Source: Dimorphilus gyrociliatus
Taxonomy: Eukaryota; Animalia; Annelida
Direction: 5' to 3'
Length of the DNA stretch: 51,143 nucleotides
Assembly: GCA_904063045.1 (NCBI GenBank)
Contig: CAJFCJ010000081.1
Coordinates: 1 to 51,143, forward strand
Part shown: piece after piece, positions 25,710 to 36,029 of the stretch
Numbering within the stretch: the stretch's first letter is position 1
Layout of the letters: each line of letters opens with the position of its first letter
The notes under the pieces: generated by a model
Told to the model about the DNA's origin: nothing
The model's database searches: none
The model's input: only the letters and a program-made list of their open reading frames with translations
Position numbers and translations under genes: made by a program

Positions 25710-26089
25710 ATGTTATGTATGAATGTAAGTCAGTGGATGTATGTCAGTATGTGAGCGTCACTTAAGAAGGGAGTTTGACTTAGCCTAAAGCCGGGACAGT
25801 CTAGTCAACTTGATGTCATATCACCAGTTAAATAACGATGTGGCACAATGTGGCACGAACGTGGCAACACGAATGAGCACAATCAAACACTCAGTTAAGT
25901 GACGCTAGCAAGATATAAAAGGAAGTGAATGTAATAGAATGGTGTGAGAGACCAAGAGTACCTTAAATACAATTTTATACGGAATTGTTCGCAATTCCGT
26001 GATACAAGCAATAAACAAAATCTTGTAAAAAGACAATCGGTATTTGTACTTTGTTGTATTGTAATTATAGGAATTTCTGGTTCATCACA
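25710..26089 (+). mobile_element. Probable solo LTR (separate family)
   Basis: GC-richer block with TATA (gatataaaag ~25913), AATAAA (~26010) and a ...catcaca end; no TSD found and left boundary uncertain. Confidence 0.4.
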
Positions 26090-26957
26090 ACTGTAATCGT
26101 CCTTTCCAATCATTTACCAACTTGCCAAAGTACTGGTCCAAATAGAACCTTTAAAGTTTGTCCACAAATAGTCTAACAAATGCAATTTCGGTAGAAATTA
26201 ATCAACAAAACACGAGTATTTCGTCCAAAGAATATGTATTGAGTAAAATGAGCTTCTAGTTCTAAACAAGCTAGTTTAACAACCAGCTGACGGTTAGAGA
26301 ACTGAACTATCAACTGTTAATTTCATAGGGTTTATATACTCTTTTAAAATAGTCATTTTGGTGAATACAAAGTAAAGGCCTAAAATACCCGGACACTGTA
26401 AATTTTGATAGGCTGAAGATTAAAAATTTTTTAAAACACCCCAAAAATGTTATGTTTGTTTTAAATTTGTTTTTTTGTCTAAATTTCCATGGGATTAGGG
26501 ATAGGGCAAAACACAACAAAACGAGACATTTTCTTCCAAATCCCCTTAAAAAGGACTTAGATAATTAGATAAATAGATAATTTAAGTATAAAAAATGCAT
26601 AGAAATTTTAGTGTAAAGTTTAGGGCTGGGTTTGGGGCTTTTTTAGAGTTAGTGTGAAGATCTATCTTGCTATAGATAAGTATTATTAAAGTAGTATTGC
26701 GTGATATTGATTCAGAACTGATATAGATCAACTATTGGCCTACTTTTAAGAAGCGCCATAAGTCCAATAGAATTAAATATGTTACAGACTGTTACAGATA
26801 TTTAACTGAAATGGCTATTCATTGCAGAATGGTATTCCATGTTATTAGATAGAAATTTTTATTATACGGTATATCTCAGTCAAACTAATGCCAAAAAATT
26901 ATACACAATAAATTGTACAAAATGTCTATTCAATAATAGTCTTTTTGTTCTATTCAT

Positions 26958-28247
26958 TTAAAATAAGACTGCATTTGGATTAGCATCTGGCCACGTTTCC
27001 GGCTTGTACTTGTTTCTGAACAATTTCAGAAGGTTTAATGCGCGATTGATTTGCGGATATGTTAATGTGTGATTTATCGCAAATCTAATGGCAGCATTTT
27101 TTTCTGTTGCAGACGGATAAAGGTCAGGTGCGGGAAACATTTGCTCTTTAATAAAGTCGTCATTCATTTCTAAAACTAAATCTAATGATCCAACAATAAA
27201 TGTTGGAATTAGCGTGTTGTCGTCACGGATTAATACGCCGTTGTAGCCTAATTCTATACAAGACTCTTTAAAGTATTTGATTTTATCGAATAGATCATCT
27301 CGTCTCCATTTTTCGGTCTTTACTAATTTTACAGTTTCAATTAATCGTTCGGCAAGACAGTCCTGAGCGGCCAGAGTGAAAATGGACATATTTGATCCTT
27401 TTCGAATGTCATCAATATACTCTCCAGCGACTTTGTTAAGAACTACGGCACCACCACCAGCACCCATAGCCTTTCCAGTTGAGAAAGTTCTAATAGGTAT
27501 ATCATCTTCAAGACCTAATTGTTTTACTAAACCTCCTCCATCTTCGTTATAAATACCGTAAGAATGACTTTCATCAACCAAAAATATACAACCAGTTTCT
27601 TTACAGAGCTGCGCTATTTTTTCAATGGGTGCCATTGTTCCGAAGGCGGAATAGACTGAATCAACTCCAACTAATCCAGGCCCATTAGCCCTAATAAGTT
27701 CTCTCAGGTGGTCGACATCGCAGTGATTGAAATATAGAGAGTTGTATCTACCTATTGCCTTTGCTCCAAGATCCATTGTGGGATGGGAATATTTATCTAA
27801 ATAGATTGGTACTTCCGGTCTATCCTGTAAAATTACTTGAAATGCAACTTGGTTTGCTTCCGTACCAGAGTTGACAAATATAGTTTTATGTCCACCTGCG
27901 TGTTCCGAGATGACTTCTTCCAATTTGGTCACCTTTGAATTGGGATGTCGATTGTAGCAGCTGGAACGATTAAAGCTAATTCTTCCATGTTTAACAATGG
28001 AACTACCATCAATTTGGTTAAGATAGGGATGAGCTGAATAGCTTAAATAATCGCAAGAAGAGAAATCAATATCTCCCTTTAAACTGTCAAAGTATACATC
28101 TCCCAAAGCTTTTTTAATCAACCCTGTGGATTCCAATAAAGCTGGAGAAATGGGTCCAAGTGCTTGAATTTTATCAGCAGTACTTTGATACCTTAGAGAA
28201 AGTGTCAGGTGTCTAACGACTTTGAGAAATCTATAAGACCTTAACAT
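26958..28247 (-). CDS. cqsA: Intronless PLP-dependent alpha-oxoamine synthase most similar to CqsA/LqsA autoinducer synthases, with mitochondrial-type presequence
   Basis: ATG at 28247 (429 aa). Motifs SSCDYL, NSGTEAN, SHPTM, DHLRELIRANGPGLVGVDSVYSAFGTMAPI, GCIFLVDESHSYG, TFSTGKAMG (PLP Lys), PATEKNAAIRF align by eye with V. cholerae CqsA ([43 protein letters not shown]). AATAAA on the minus strand at 26858-26863. Confidence 0.8.
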   Translation of the reverse strand: MLRSYRFLKVVRHLTLSLRYQSTADKIQALGPISPALLESTGLIKKALGDVYFDSLKGDIDFSSCDYLSYSAHPYLNQIDGSSIVKHGRISFNRSSCYNRHPNSKVTKLEEVISEHAGGHKTIFVNSGTEANQVAFQVILQDRPEVPIYLDKYSHPTMDLGAKAIGRYNSLYFNHCDVDHLRELIRANGPGLVGVDSVYSAFGTMAPIEKIAQLCKETGCIFLVDESHSYGIYNEDGGGLVKQLGLEDDIPIRTFSTGKAMGAGGGAVVLNKVAGEYIDDIRKGSNMSIFTLAAQDCLAERLIETVKLVKTEKWRRDDLFDKIKYFKESCIELGYNGVLIRDDNTLIPTFIVGSLDLVLEMNDDFIKEQMFPAPDLYPSATEKNAAIRFAINHTLTYPQINRALNLLKLFRNKYKPETWPDANPNAVLF

Positions 28248-29061
28248 CGTTGTCCGATTAGCGACTGAAACTAGTAGGTCATTAATTGTATATTTATAGA
28301 CTTTCTTTATCCATCTTGAATCAAAATGTGATACTGAAAAGATAATAATAATCTCCTTTTTAAACAAACACCAAACAGAAAAAAGAGGTAAATTTTATAT
28401 CAAATTTCTTTGGCAATGCTTATTTTCCTAAATCTCTTCTTCAAAATCTCAATAACACCAAGACAACTTCGGAAAAAGCATTTCTTTGCCAAAATTTTGA
28501 TTGATTGTTAATAGGTCAAAGTTTCTAATCGCAAGAACTTCTGATAAGAGATTAGCAAATAAAATTTCTAAAACATAAATTACATCGACTAAAGATTAAA
28601 TGTTCTCAAGATTTTTTTTAAAGAACCATCAACAATTTTTAAAATTTTTGTATTAAATTCAATTTGGTAGGTCTTTTTTTGCAAGATCTCAATGCGATCT
28701 GATAGAAAAAATTATTCCTTGACTGTATTATTTGAAGATTAGAAAGTTAGATAAGATATTACAATTCTAGTAGTAATTTGAGCACAACAATGAAAAAACT
28801 AGGCTAGTATCAGCTCTTTGCTGTTTTCTGTTATATAATCTACTTTATTGATTGTTGTTTAAGACAAAGTTTATATGATTGTATACAACTAGACAGCTGC
28901 TTATTTACTAAGTTCAAAGGTATCTTTGATGCTATTCTGTACGTTTTTAGAGAGTGTTATACCTTCAATACTCTACAGTAATCACCTTATCCTACATTTC
29001 GAAATAGAAGAAAATATAAACCCAAACATTCATTCAAGTTACTTTTTAAGATTAACAGTAT

Positions 29062-29555
29062 TGTACACTTATGAACTATAGTTTATAGATATTTTGTAAA
29101 TAATACTTACCATATGGTAGAAGTGTTGAAGTAGATGTTACCTCTGGGGTAGATGGTACTGAACTGCCAGAATCAACCCCTTTTATAGGCAAAGGATAAG
29201 ATATTACATAATCAAATATGTTGACAACAACAAGTGTTTATTTTCATAAATATGATGTAACAATTGACCTTCGAGGGGTAACATACACAAAGTTGTTGTT
29301 GTTGTTTACATCGCTATTGCATAATTTGATAACCCTTGATCCTGTTTTGTTGTGAACAATCCTTATCTGGGGTTAGACCCTTGTTGTTGACAGCTAAGGC
29401 ATAAACAACTGATAAGGAATTGTATAAAAGCAGGGTATAGGTAGTAACAGGCATTCAGTCCTGAATCAACTCCCTTAGTGAACAGGTCTAGTATTACTTT
29501 AGAATACAGTTATATTATTCTTACGTTTTGGTTCTATATTCATCCTCCCTCAATT
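29062..29555 (+). mobile_element. LTR (left copy), last ~5 bp missing at the junction with the next element
   Basis: Direct repeat of 33365-33861; starts TGTACAC; TATA gtataaaag at ~29422. Confidence 0.9.
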
Positions 29556-29757
29556 AAAGGGAAAACGCCCACAGTTTTGTGGTTTTACCCTAACCCTAAC
29601 CCAGCCCTGGACCCTTTTTTAAGCGCTTCATTGTTCCTAACCCTTAGTTTGGACCCACCTAATTACAAATCAATTGTCAGAACATTTTTCCTAACCCTTT
29701 CCCAACCCAAAATCTCACCCCAAAATAACTGCAAAATGAGCGTTTTCAACAGCCCCC
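29556..29757 (+). mobile_element. Short non-autonomous element with (CCCTAA)n core and subterminal inverted repeats (HINE-like)
   Basis: gaaaacgccca...accctaaccctaacccagccct...tgagcgttttc; related copies at ~30185-30390 (reverse) and ~40755-40950. Confidence 0.6.
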
Positions 29758-31190
29758 CAGTACTGGCGGTAAGTCACTGTTACACCTCAAAAAAATAATA
29801 TTTTCTTGATTTTTTCTCTTTCCATAGTTAAAGAATGAAAATGAAGGATATTATTATATTTTAATAATATTCTTATTTATTTATTTATCATTATAGAGAG
29901 AAAATATACATTTTTCATTTCAAATCTCTGAATTATTGATATTTTAATGCAGTAGGCCTATTTTCAGTGGGAGCATAAGTCAAATCACAAAAATTAATCT
30001 AAAAGAATATAAAAAGTATTTTTTTGTTCTTATTTTGACTGTTATTTACAGGATATGAAGTTGTCATATGATTAGACAGTAAAGCTACGTCCCTATCTTC
30101 ATGAACTTAATGTAGCCGAATACCATGATATTCCCTCCCCCAAATTTTACTGTTTTTGTGGTATATTTGGGATCGTTCCATTTGGGGTTGACAGAAAATG
30201 TCCACAAATGAGAAATTTCAAGACAAAAATTTGGATTGGGAAATGGTTAGGCAAAAGAAAACAGCAACTTATTTGTACTTAGGAGGGTCTCCCCTAAGGG
30301 TTAGGGGTAATGGAAAAGGTTAGGTACAGGTAAGGGCTGGGTTAGGGTTAGGGTAAAAGCACTGATTTGTGGACGTTTTCTGTCGCATCCGTTCCATTTA
30401 CCTGGTGGCCTCCTAACAAACTCCTTCCTCCTGGGATGCAGCTCAACCTTTGATTCATCAGAAAAAATTACTTTTTTCCAATTTTCAATACCCCACTTTT
30501 CTCTCTCTCTACAGAACTCTTTCCTACTTATTATCTGCCTCTTGCATAAAACAGGTGTTTTGGCTGCAATCCTTCCATTTAATTATTTTTTCCGAGTACT
30601 TTCTTCACTGTTGTAAGAGACAGAGATATAGGTATGCCAGAGTTATATAAATTTGCCTTTCCATTTTTGGTGTCACTGTTTTTGGTCTACCACTTCTTTG
30701 TTTATCTTTGACAGTTTTTAGGTCTTTAAATTTATTTTTTATGTTTTGTACAGTAGTTGGACTACATTTAAAAAGCTTTACCACTTTTCGAATGGACATT
30801 TCAGGTCTTTGAAGACAATTTAAGATAGAAATTCTTGTTGCTTCAGATAGCTTCACCATTTTTATTTTAAATTTGTCAACTGTTAGATTACACATGCGCA
30901 AACACATAAATGACCTTAAAATCTGGTTAAAAGTGACACTACTCAATGATCAGGGTAAATTTTTTGAACATAACTGATGCTTGTGCTTTTCCATAAATAG
31001 GCCTATCACATTAAAGTGATCATATTTCTGAGATTTTAAATTAAAAACATATATTTTCTTTCTATAATGATAAGAAGAATATTATTAAATATAGTAATAT
31101 CCTTCATTTTCATTCTTTAGGCGTGGAAAGAGAAAAAATCAAGAAAATATTATTTTTTTGAGGTGTAACAGTGACTTACCGCCGGTACTG
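29758..31190 (-). mobile_element. Internally deleted Tc1-like transposon
   Basis: ~115-bp TIRs (cagtac[t/c]ggcggtaagtcactgttacacctc...), TA after the right TIR; ORF 30605-30946 encodes a paired-like HTH (MVKLSEATRISIL...SIRKVVKLFKCSPTTVQNI...RSGRPK). Confidence 0.88.
30185..30390 (-). mobile_element. HINE-like telomeric-motif element nested in the Tc1
   Basis: 20-bp IR gacagaaaatgtccacaaat / atttgtggacgttttctgtc around gggttagggttaggg. Confidence 0.65.
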
Positions 31191-31296
31191 TATGTGGGGA
31201 TAACTAATGGATCAAAGGGATTCTTTATAGAGAGAACTTCTACACTTATATTTTTTTGGTTCAAAGAAGCACAAAGTTGAAAAATTCATTGTTAGA

Positions 31297-33342
31297 TTGT
31301 CAGAAGAAGAATGCAGAAAGATGTATCAAGAGAAGAAAGCTTACTCTCGGCAGAAGCTTTATAACAAAGGAAATATTTGGACTTATAATGAAAGGAAAGG
31401 AACAGCCTATAAATACCCATCAACAACTTTAGTTATAGAATATACTACAATTATACAAGTTGGAAAAGCATACTGGTTACCTTATCAAAACTATGTAACA
31501 ACAGATCTTGATTTTGTTGAAGATTGTCCAGTCCAACAAAGATTTTGCAGAACTATAAATTCAGTTATTATCCTCCAATTGTTAAAAGATAATAGAATCA
31601 TGGGACAAGAATCACCATGGAGAGTGATTTCAAGAAGGATATCATGTATAAAGTTTGCAGGATATTACTCCTGTCCTGAATATACTATTATGGATAAATA
31701 CTATAAAGATAGTTTCATAGAAGGATTTGGAGGGCCAGGTACAAAAGTTCTGGTTCCTATCGAAGAAAACCAACTTCTGAGAACAGATTTATCAACATCT
31801 GGGTACCAAGATGATGAAATGCTAAAGAATGCAGTATTCAAGCTGGCGTCAGAAGAGGGAGTAGTTTATTTGAAAAAGTACCAGTCAAAGAGTTTAATGC
31901 TAAGGAATGCTCTTCAGAAAGACCATGAAAGTATACCAACATTTAGAGATTGGTATAGGGAAGGAGATAAAACATATCATATGATGATTAAAATCTCTGG
32001 TCATGCTGTAGTCAGAACATACCAATTAAAGCAACCTATAGCACCAGATGTATGGAGTATACAAAATGCATATATTGGAAAAATGTTAAAGAAAGTAACC
32101 TTGCCCATTGCAAAGGAGTCAAGAAAAGATGAGTACAAAGTTACCCACAAATTTGTTGAAGAAAAATTGTTGCCAAACACAGATGTTTGGTTTCAAGGAC
32201 CTCAAGGGAAGCAGTTTAAGTTGACTAAAAGAAAATTAGGATATCTCCTACTAGAAAGAGTTGCAAAATCAGAAGAAGAAAAAGAGATGAAAATAAAAAT
32301 CACCAAAGTGGAACAAGGGCGCATGGAAGAACCCATAAATATTAAGGATGCAGTAAGAACAGCAGCATTTCTAAAATCAGTTGACAGAAATTTCATCAAC
32401 TTACAAGAAACCTTTAACCAGCTCTCAAGAATGTTATGTAGAGCATTTGTGCAGAGGAATAGAATGATAACTCTACTAAGTCCTATCTCACCTCAGTTAC
32501 CAACAGTTTTATCTGAAGAGAAAGGAACACATAGCACTTGGCTGGGAGACCTCACAACAATTAATTATTGTACACAACACAAATCTATTCAGATCATATG
32601 TGACTTGAACATTATTGTGAAAGATGGTAAATGCTCAAAGCAACTATTGGCCAAGTATAAGGAGTTAATATTCTCAGTGGAGCCCATAACCCATCAGATA
32701 CGTGAAATCAGCTTAAAAGATATAATATATGGCGAATGTAACACTGAACAAAATCTATTCAAGGTAAAAGATAATCCTTTGGATAGCCAGAGTAATAATG
32801 AACAGAAAATATTTATTCATTATTCTACAAATGGATGCAAATTCAGGAAAGTTGCTGCTCAATCAATAAGATTAAAGATTTCTAATAACCTGGAAGAACC
32901 TCAATTAGACATTGAAAGACTCTCAGAACTTTTGAAATTAGGTATCAAAGAAGACGTTGGAAAAAAGGGTGTACAGCTACAGCAAGTATTGGATTATATG
33001 ACAAATAAGCTTGATCAACATTCAGATCAACTAAATTATGCAAAACAAATTGGCATTGACCCTGCAGTAACTAAATCTAGAAGATATTTTATGGCTTGGA
33101 CAAAGAAACCACTACAAACTATTATCAATTTCCTTATTCCTGCAACAACAACTGGTGCAATTGGAATGATATTGTATTGGATAAAGATGAAAGGATTACA
33201 TAAAAATGTAACACAAAGAATACTAAACAGATTCAGAAAAACAAATGACATCAAATCCATTGAGGAAGACCAACCCTTAAGAGTTGTCAGCAGCAGGAAA
33301 GGTCAAGTTATTATTGCCAATGTTGAACCATCAGTGGAATGA
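31297..33342 (+). CDS. Env-like viral glycoprotein (probably class III, gB/chuvirus-like) of an LTR retroelement, 5'-truncated
   Basis: 681-codon open frame; Cys pattern (EEECRKMY, CPVQQRFC, MLCRAFVQRNRMITLLSPISP...WLGDLTTINYC), C-terminal TM and basic tail; followed by PPT and LTR. The frame extends back to the Tc1 TA site (31191) across one extra T in the T-run at 31251-31257. Confidence 0.72.
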   Translation: MSEEECRKMYQEKKAYSRQKLYNKGNIWTYNERKGTAYKYPSTTLVIEYTTIIQVGKAYWLPYQNYVTTDLDFVEDCPVQQRFCRTINSVIILQLLKDNRIMGQESPWRVISRRISCIKFAGYYSCPEYTIMDKYYKDSFIEGFGGPGTKVLVPIEENQLLRTDLSTSGYQDDEMLKNAVFKLASEEGVVYLKKYQSKSLMLRNALQKDHESIPTFRDWYREGDKTYHMMIKISGHAVVRTYQLKQPIAPDVWSIQNAYIGKMLKKVTLPIAKESRKDEYKVTHKFVEEKLLPNTDVWFQGPQGKQFKLTKRKLGYLLLERVAKSEEEKEMKIKITKVEQGRMEEPINIKDAVRTAAFLKSVDRNFINLQETFNQLSRMLCRAFVQRNRMITLLSPISPQLPTVLSEEKGTHSTWLGDLTTINYCTQHKSIQIICDLNIIVKDGKCSKQLLAKYKELIFSVEPITHQIREISLKDIIYGECNTEQNLFKVKDNPLDSQSNNEQKIFIHYSTNGCKFRKVAAQSIRLKISNNLEEPQLDIERLSELLKLGIKEDVGKKGVQLQQVLDYMTNKLDQHSDQLNYAKQIGIDPAVTKSRRYFMAWTKKPLQTIINFLIPATTTGAIGMILYWIKMKGLHKNVTQRILNRFRKTNDIKSIEEDQPLRVVSSRKGQVIIANVEPSVE

Positions 33343-33348
33343 TGCTTT

Positions 33349-33362
33349 AAGGAGAGGAGAAG
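33349..33362 (+). other. Polypurine tract (PPT)
   Basis: aaggagaggagaag, 2 nt upstream of the LTR TG. Confidence 0.85.
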
Positions 33363-33364
33363 TC

Positions 33365-33861
33365 TGTACACTTATGAACTATAGTTTATAGATATTTTAT
33401 AAATGATACTTACTATATGGTAGAAGTGTTGAAGTAGATGTTGAATCTAGGGTAGATGGTACCGAACTGCCAGAATCAACCCCTTTTATAAGCAAAGGAT
33501 AAGATGTTACATAACAAACATGTTGACAACAACAACAAGTGTTTATTTACATAAATATTGTGTAAGAATTGACCCTTGACAGGTAACCTACACAAAGTTG
33601 TTGTTGTTTACATCACTATTGCATAATATGATAACCCTTGACCCTGTTTGTTGTGAACAATCCTTATCTGGGGTTAGACCCTTGTTGTTGACAGCCAATG
33701 CATAAACAACTGATAAGGAATTGTATAAAAGCAGGGCATAGGCAGTAACAGGCATTCAGTCCTGAATCAACTCCCTTAGTGAACAGGTCTAGTATTACTT
33801 TAGAATACAGTTATATTATTCTTACGGTTTGGTTCTATATTCATCCTTCATCAATTCTACA
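33365..33861 (+). mobile_element. 3' LTR (497 bp, TGTA...TACA)
   Basis: Inverted termini, preceded by the PPT, internal TATA, repeated at 29062. Confidence 0.92.
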
Positions 33862-34082
33862 TCTCTCTTCTAAGTGGCTTACTCCTGGTTCGGTTCTATT
33901 TGGACCAGTACTTACCTACAACCTCAGCAGGAAAGTACATACAGTATAGTTTTTGAGCAGACAGCATTCTCATGGACACTTTTCAAATGACTATAATTTT
34001 TGAACAATCAACAGTTTTGTTTGTCATTTTTGTATTTTTCAATCGATTAAGGATATCTCAAAATATTCCTGGAAAATTTCTT

Positions 34083-35045
34083 TTACTTGAAAGAATTTTT
34101 CATCATCATTTCGAAGAGAGAATCATCGGGTATATGATTGCTCAAATTCGTGTAGTAGTCCATAAATTCGTTTAGAGTTACCTTTTTAAAAATTGTTAAT
34201 TGATTGATTAAGAAAAAATGAAAATACACAAAAGTTATTTTACCACTCCATCGCTTTGTTCTCCATCATATATTTTCAAGAGTTCCTTATAAACTCTATT
34301 CGCACTCCATTCTCCTGACATATATTTTGGATCCTTTCTGTAATCGAAACGATTTTTCAAATCGTCCACTGAAATTACTCCATTTTTGTTAACATCCAAC
34401 TTTTCAAAAGCTGCCACAATCAGGCTTTTTCTTGCCTCACTCACTTCAGACTGTTGAAACATAGAAGAAAACTTTACATTAGTTAACATTATATTGATTA
34501 ATAGGGTTATAAACATTTAAATGGATGTTGAACTGTGAAAAAGCAAAAACGAGAGAGAACAAAATTGATCTAACCCTAAAACTTTCCATGAATTCATCCC
34601 ATTTGATCGAACCACTGCCATCTTTATCGAAATAGGCAAACAGTTGAGTCAATTCTTCTTGACTAGCCTTGATGCCATAAGTGCGTAAACCCTTAAAAAA
34701 GAAAAGTTGGAAACGTTACTTAAAACTTAACTGGCATTAAATTTGAAAGGTGAAGGTTAAAAACATATAGTAGTGCCTCCTGCAACTTCTTTCACAAGTG
34801 ATTATATTTGTAAAGAGATCTTTTCTATACATTTATTAATAAAAAATTGAGTAACTTTTTAGTGTTAGGATTTATATTTTTGTAAGATTATATTTTCTAA
34901 GTCTATATACTGGCTATACTCTCCTACTGTTTTCAAAACAGTCTCTATAGTCATAAATAAACAATGTGGTCAATTTTATTGTCTATCACACATGAAACGA
35001 GAAAGACTGCATGGTCTAGAGGAGAGTGGAATTTGAATATACTTG

Positions 35046-35095
<50 letters not shown>

Positions 35096-35193
35096 GATTG
35101 CCTTGTGAGACAAAAAATATACTTTACCTCTCGAAATTCAGTGTGATTTAAAGTTCTATCTCTATTCTTATCATACAAAACATACCTTGCCAA
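34083..35193 (-). CDS. Calcyphosin-like EF-hand protein (multi-exon; 5' end unclear)
   Basis: Exons ~35193-35128, 34691-34575, 34450-34244 and 34181-34083 splice in frame: DKNRDRTLNHTEF, FDKDGSGSIKWDEF, LDVNKNGVISVDDL, DPKYMSGEWS, DGVVTLNEFMDYY. Confidence 0.85.
35053..35092. repeat. (AG)20 microsatellite in calcyphosin intron
   Basis: Directly visible. Confidence 0.95.
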
Positions 35194-36029
35194 TGATCTA
35201 AGATTAATTGGGTCATCATAGGTCTATGCAGTTAGCCTATCTTTAGTCGTTTGTTGTGGCAAGATTTCAATACATCATCACATGCAAGTCTTATTTTAAT
35301 GTACCCTAATTAGAACCCTAGTCCTTTAATTCTTTAGTTATTATTCTAGTTCACCTCTGTAATTTGATTCATCAATTATTCAAGATGTATACTGTTTATA
35401 GCCAAATTAGATTTCTAAAAAGTAATATCCAGCAAAAGAACAACAACTTATAGAATAATGTGAACTAAGAGCATTTTAGTGCAAATTATGATTAGCTCTA
35501 GGATTACCTATTCAAGAAAATATATTTATCAACTAAAGCTTAGAGCTTAGGGTAAAAAATCTTTGTTGACCTGCTAGAGATTTTAAAATAAGAAATGCGA
35601 CAAAAAATGTCCAAAATTTGGTGCTTTTACCTTAACCTTTAGATGAGACCCACTTTATTACAGATCGATTTCGCTTTCTTAACCAGTTTACAATTCAAAA
35701 TCTATGCTTTATATTTCTCTTTTTCTGTCAACCCCAAACAATTACATCTGGTCAGCGTTTAGCCCTAACCAGGTGTAATTTAAGTAGAAGTAGGATGAGA
35801 TTAACATATTATTCATTCAAATATTGCTTATTGGTCTCGGTATAACACTAGGTTATTTAGTTGTAAAATTTAATTTCTACTAACTCCTCTAACTTCGCGT
35901 CAGTTCGGTATACTATTTTGGCTTATTTTATTGTCCTCCATCTAAATGTTTCTTGGACATTGCTCATCATTGAACAGTGACACCCCAACTTTTTATTGAA
36001 TTTAAAACTGTGCCTTAAAGGCATTTGGT

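Noticed and set aside
26958-28247. Calling this gene ordinary ALAS or GCAT
   Set aside because: It lacks ALAS motifs (ETVHSM, DEVHA, GTLGKA) and introns; motifs match CqsA better by eye. Phylogeny is still needed.
28248-28367. The first 40 codons of the 469-aa ORF in the track
   Set aside because: Alternative start codon and intron/UTR-like composition; the first ATG (28247) begins a coherent presequence.
29478-29798. 106-aa ORF with PNPNP
   Set aside because: Chance read-through across the LTR end and a telomeric-motif element.
32202-33260. Antisense ORFs inside env (and similar ones within the LRR and PhyH genes)
   Set aside because: Short, no motifs, expected opposite long coding frames.
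34951-35146. SLSLSL / ERERER ORFs
   Set aside because: Translations of the (AG)n microsatellite; only the first ~22 codons of the minus ORF are a real exon.
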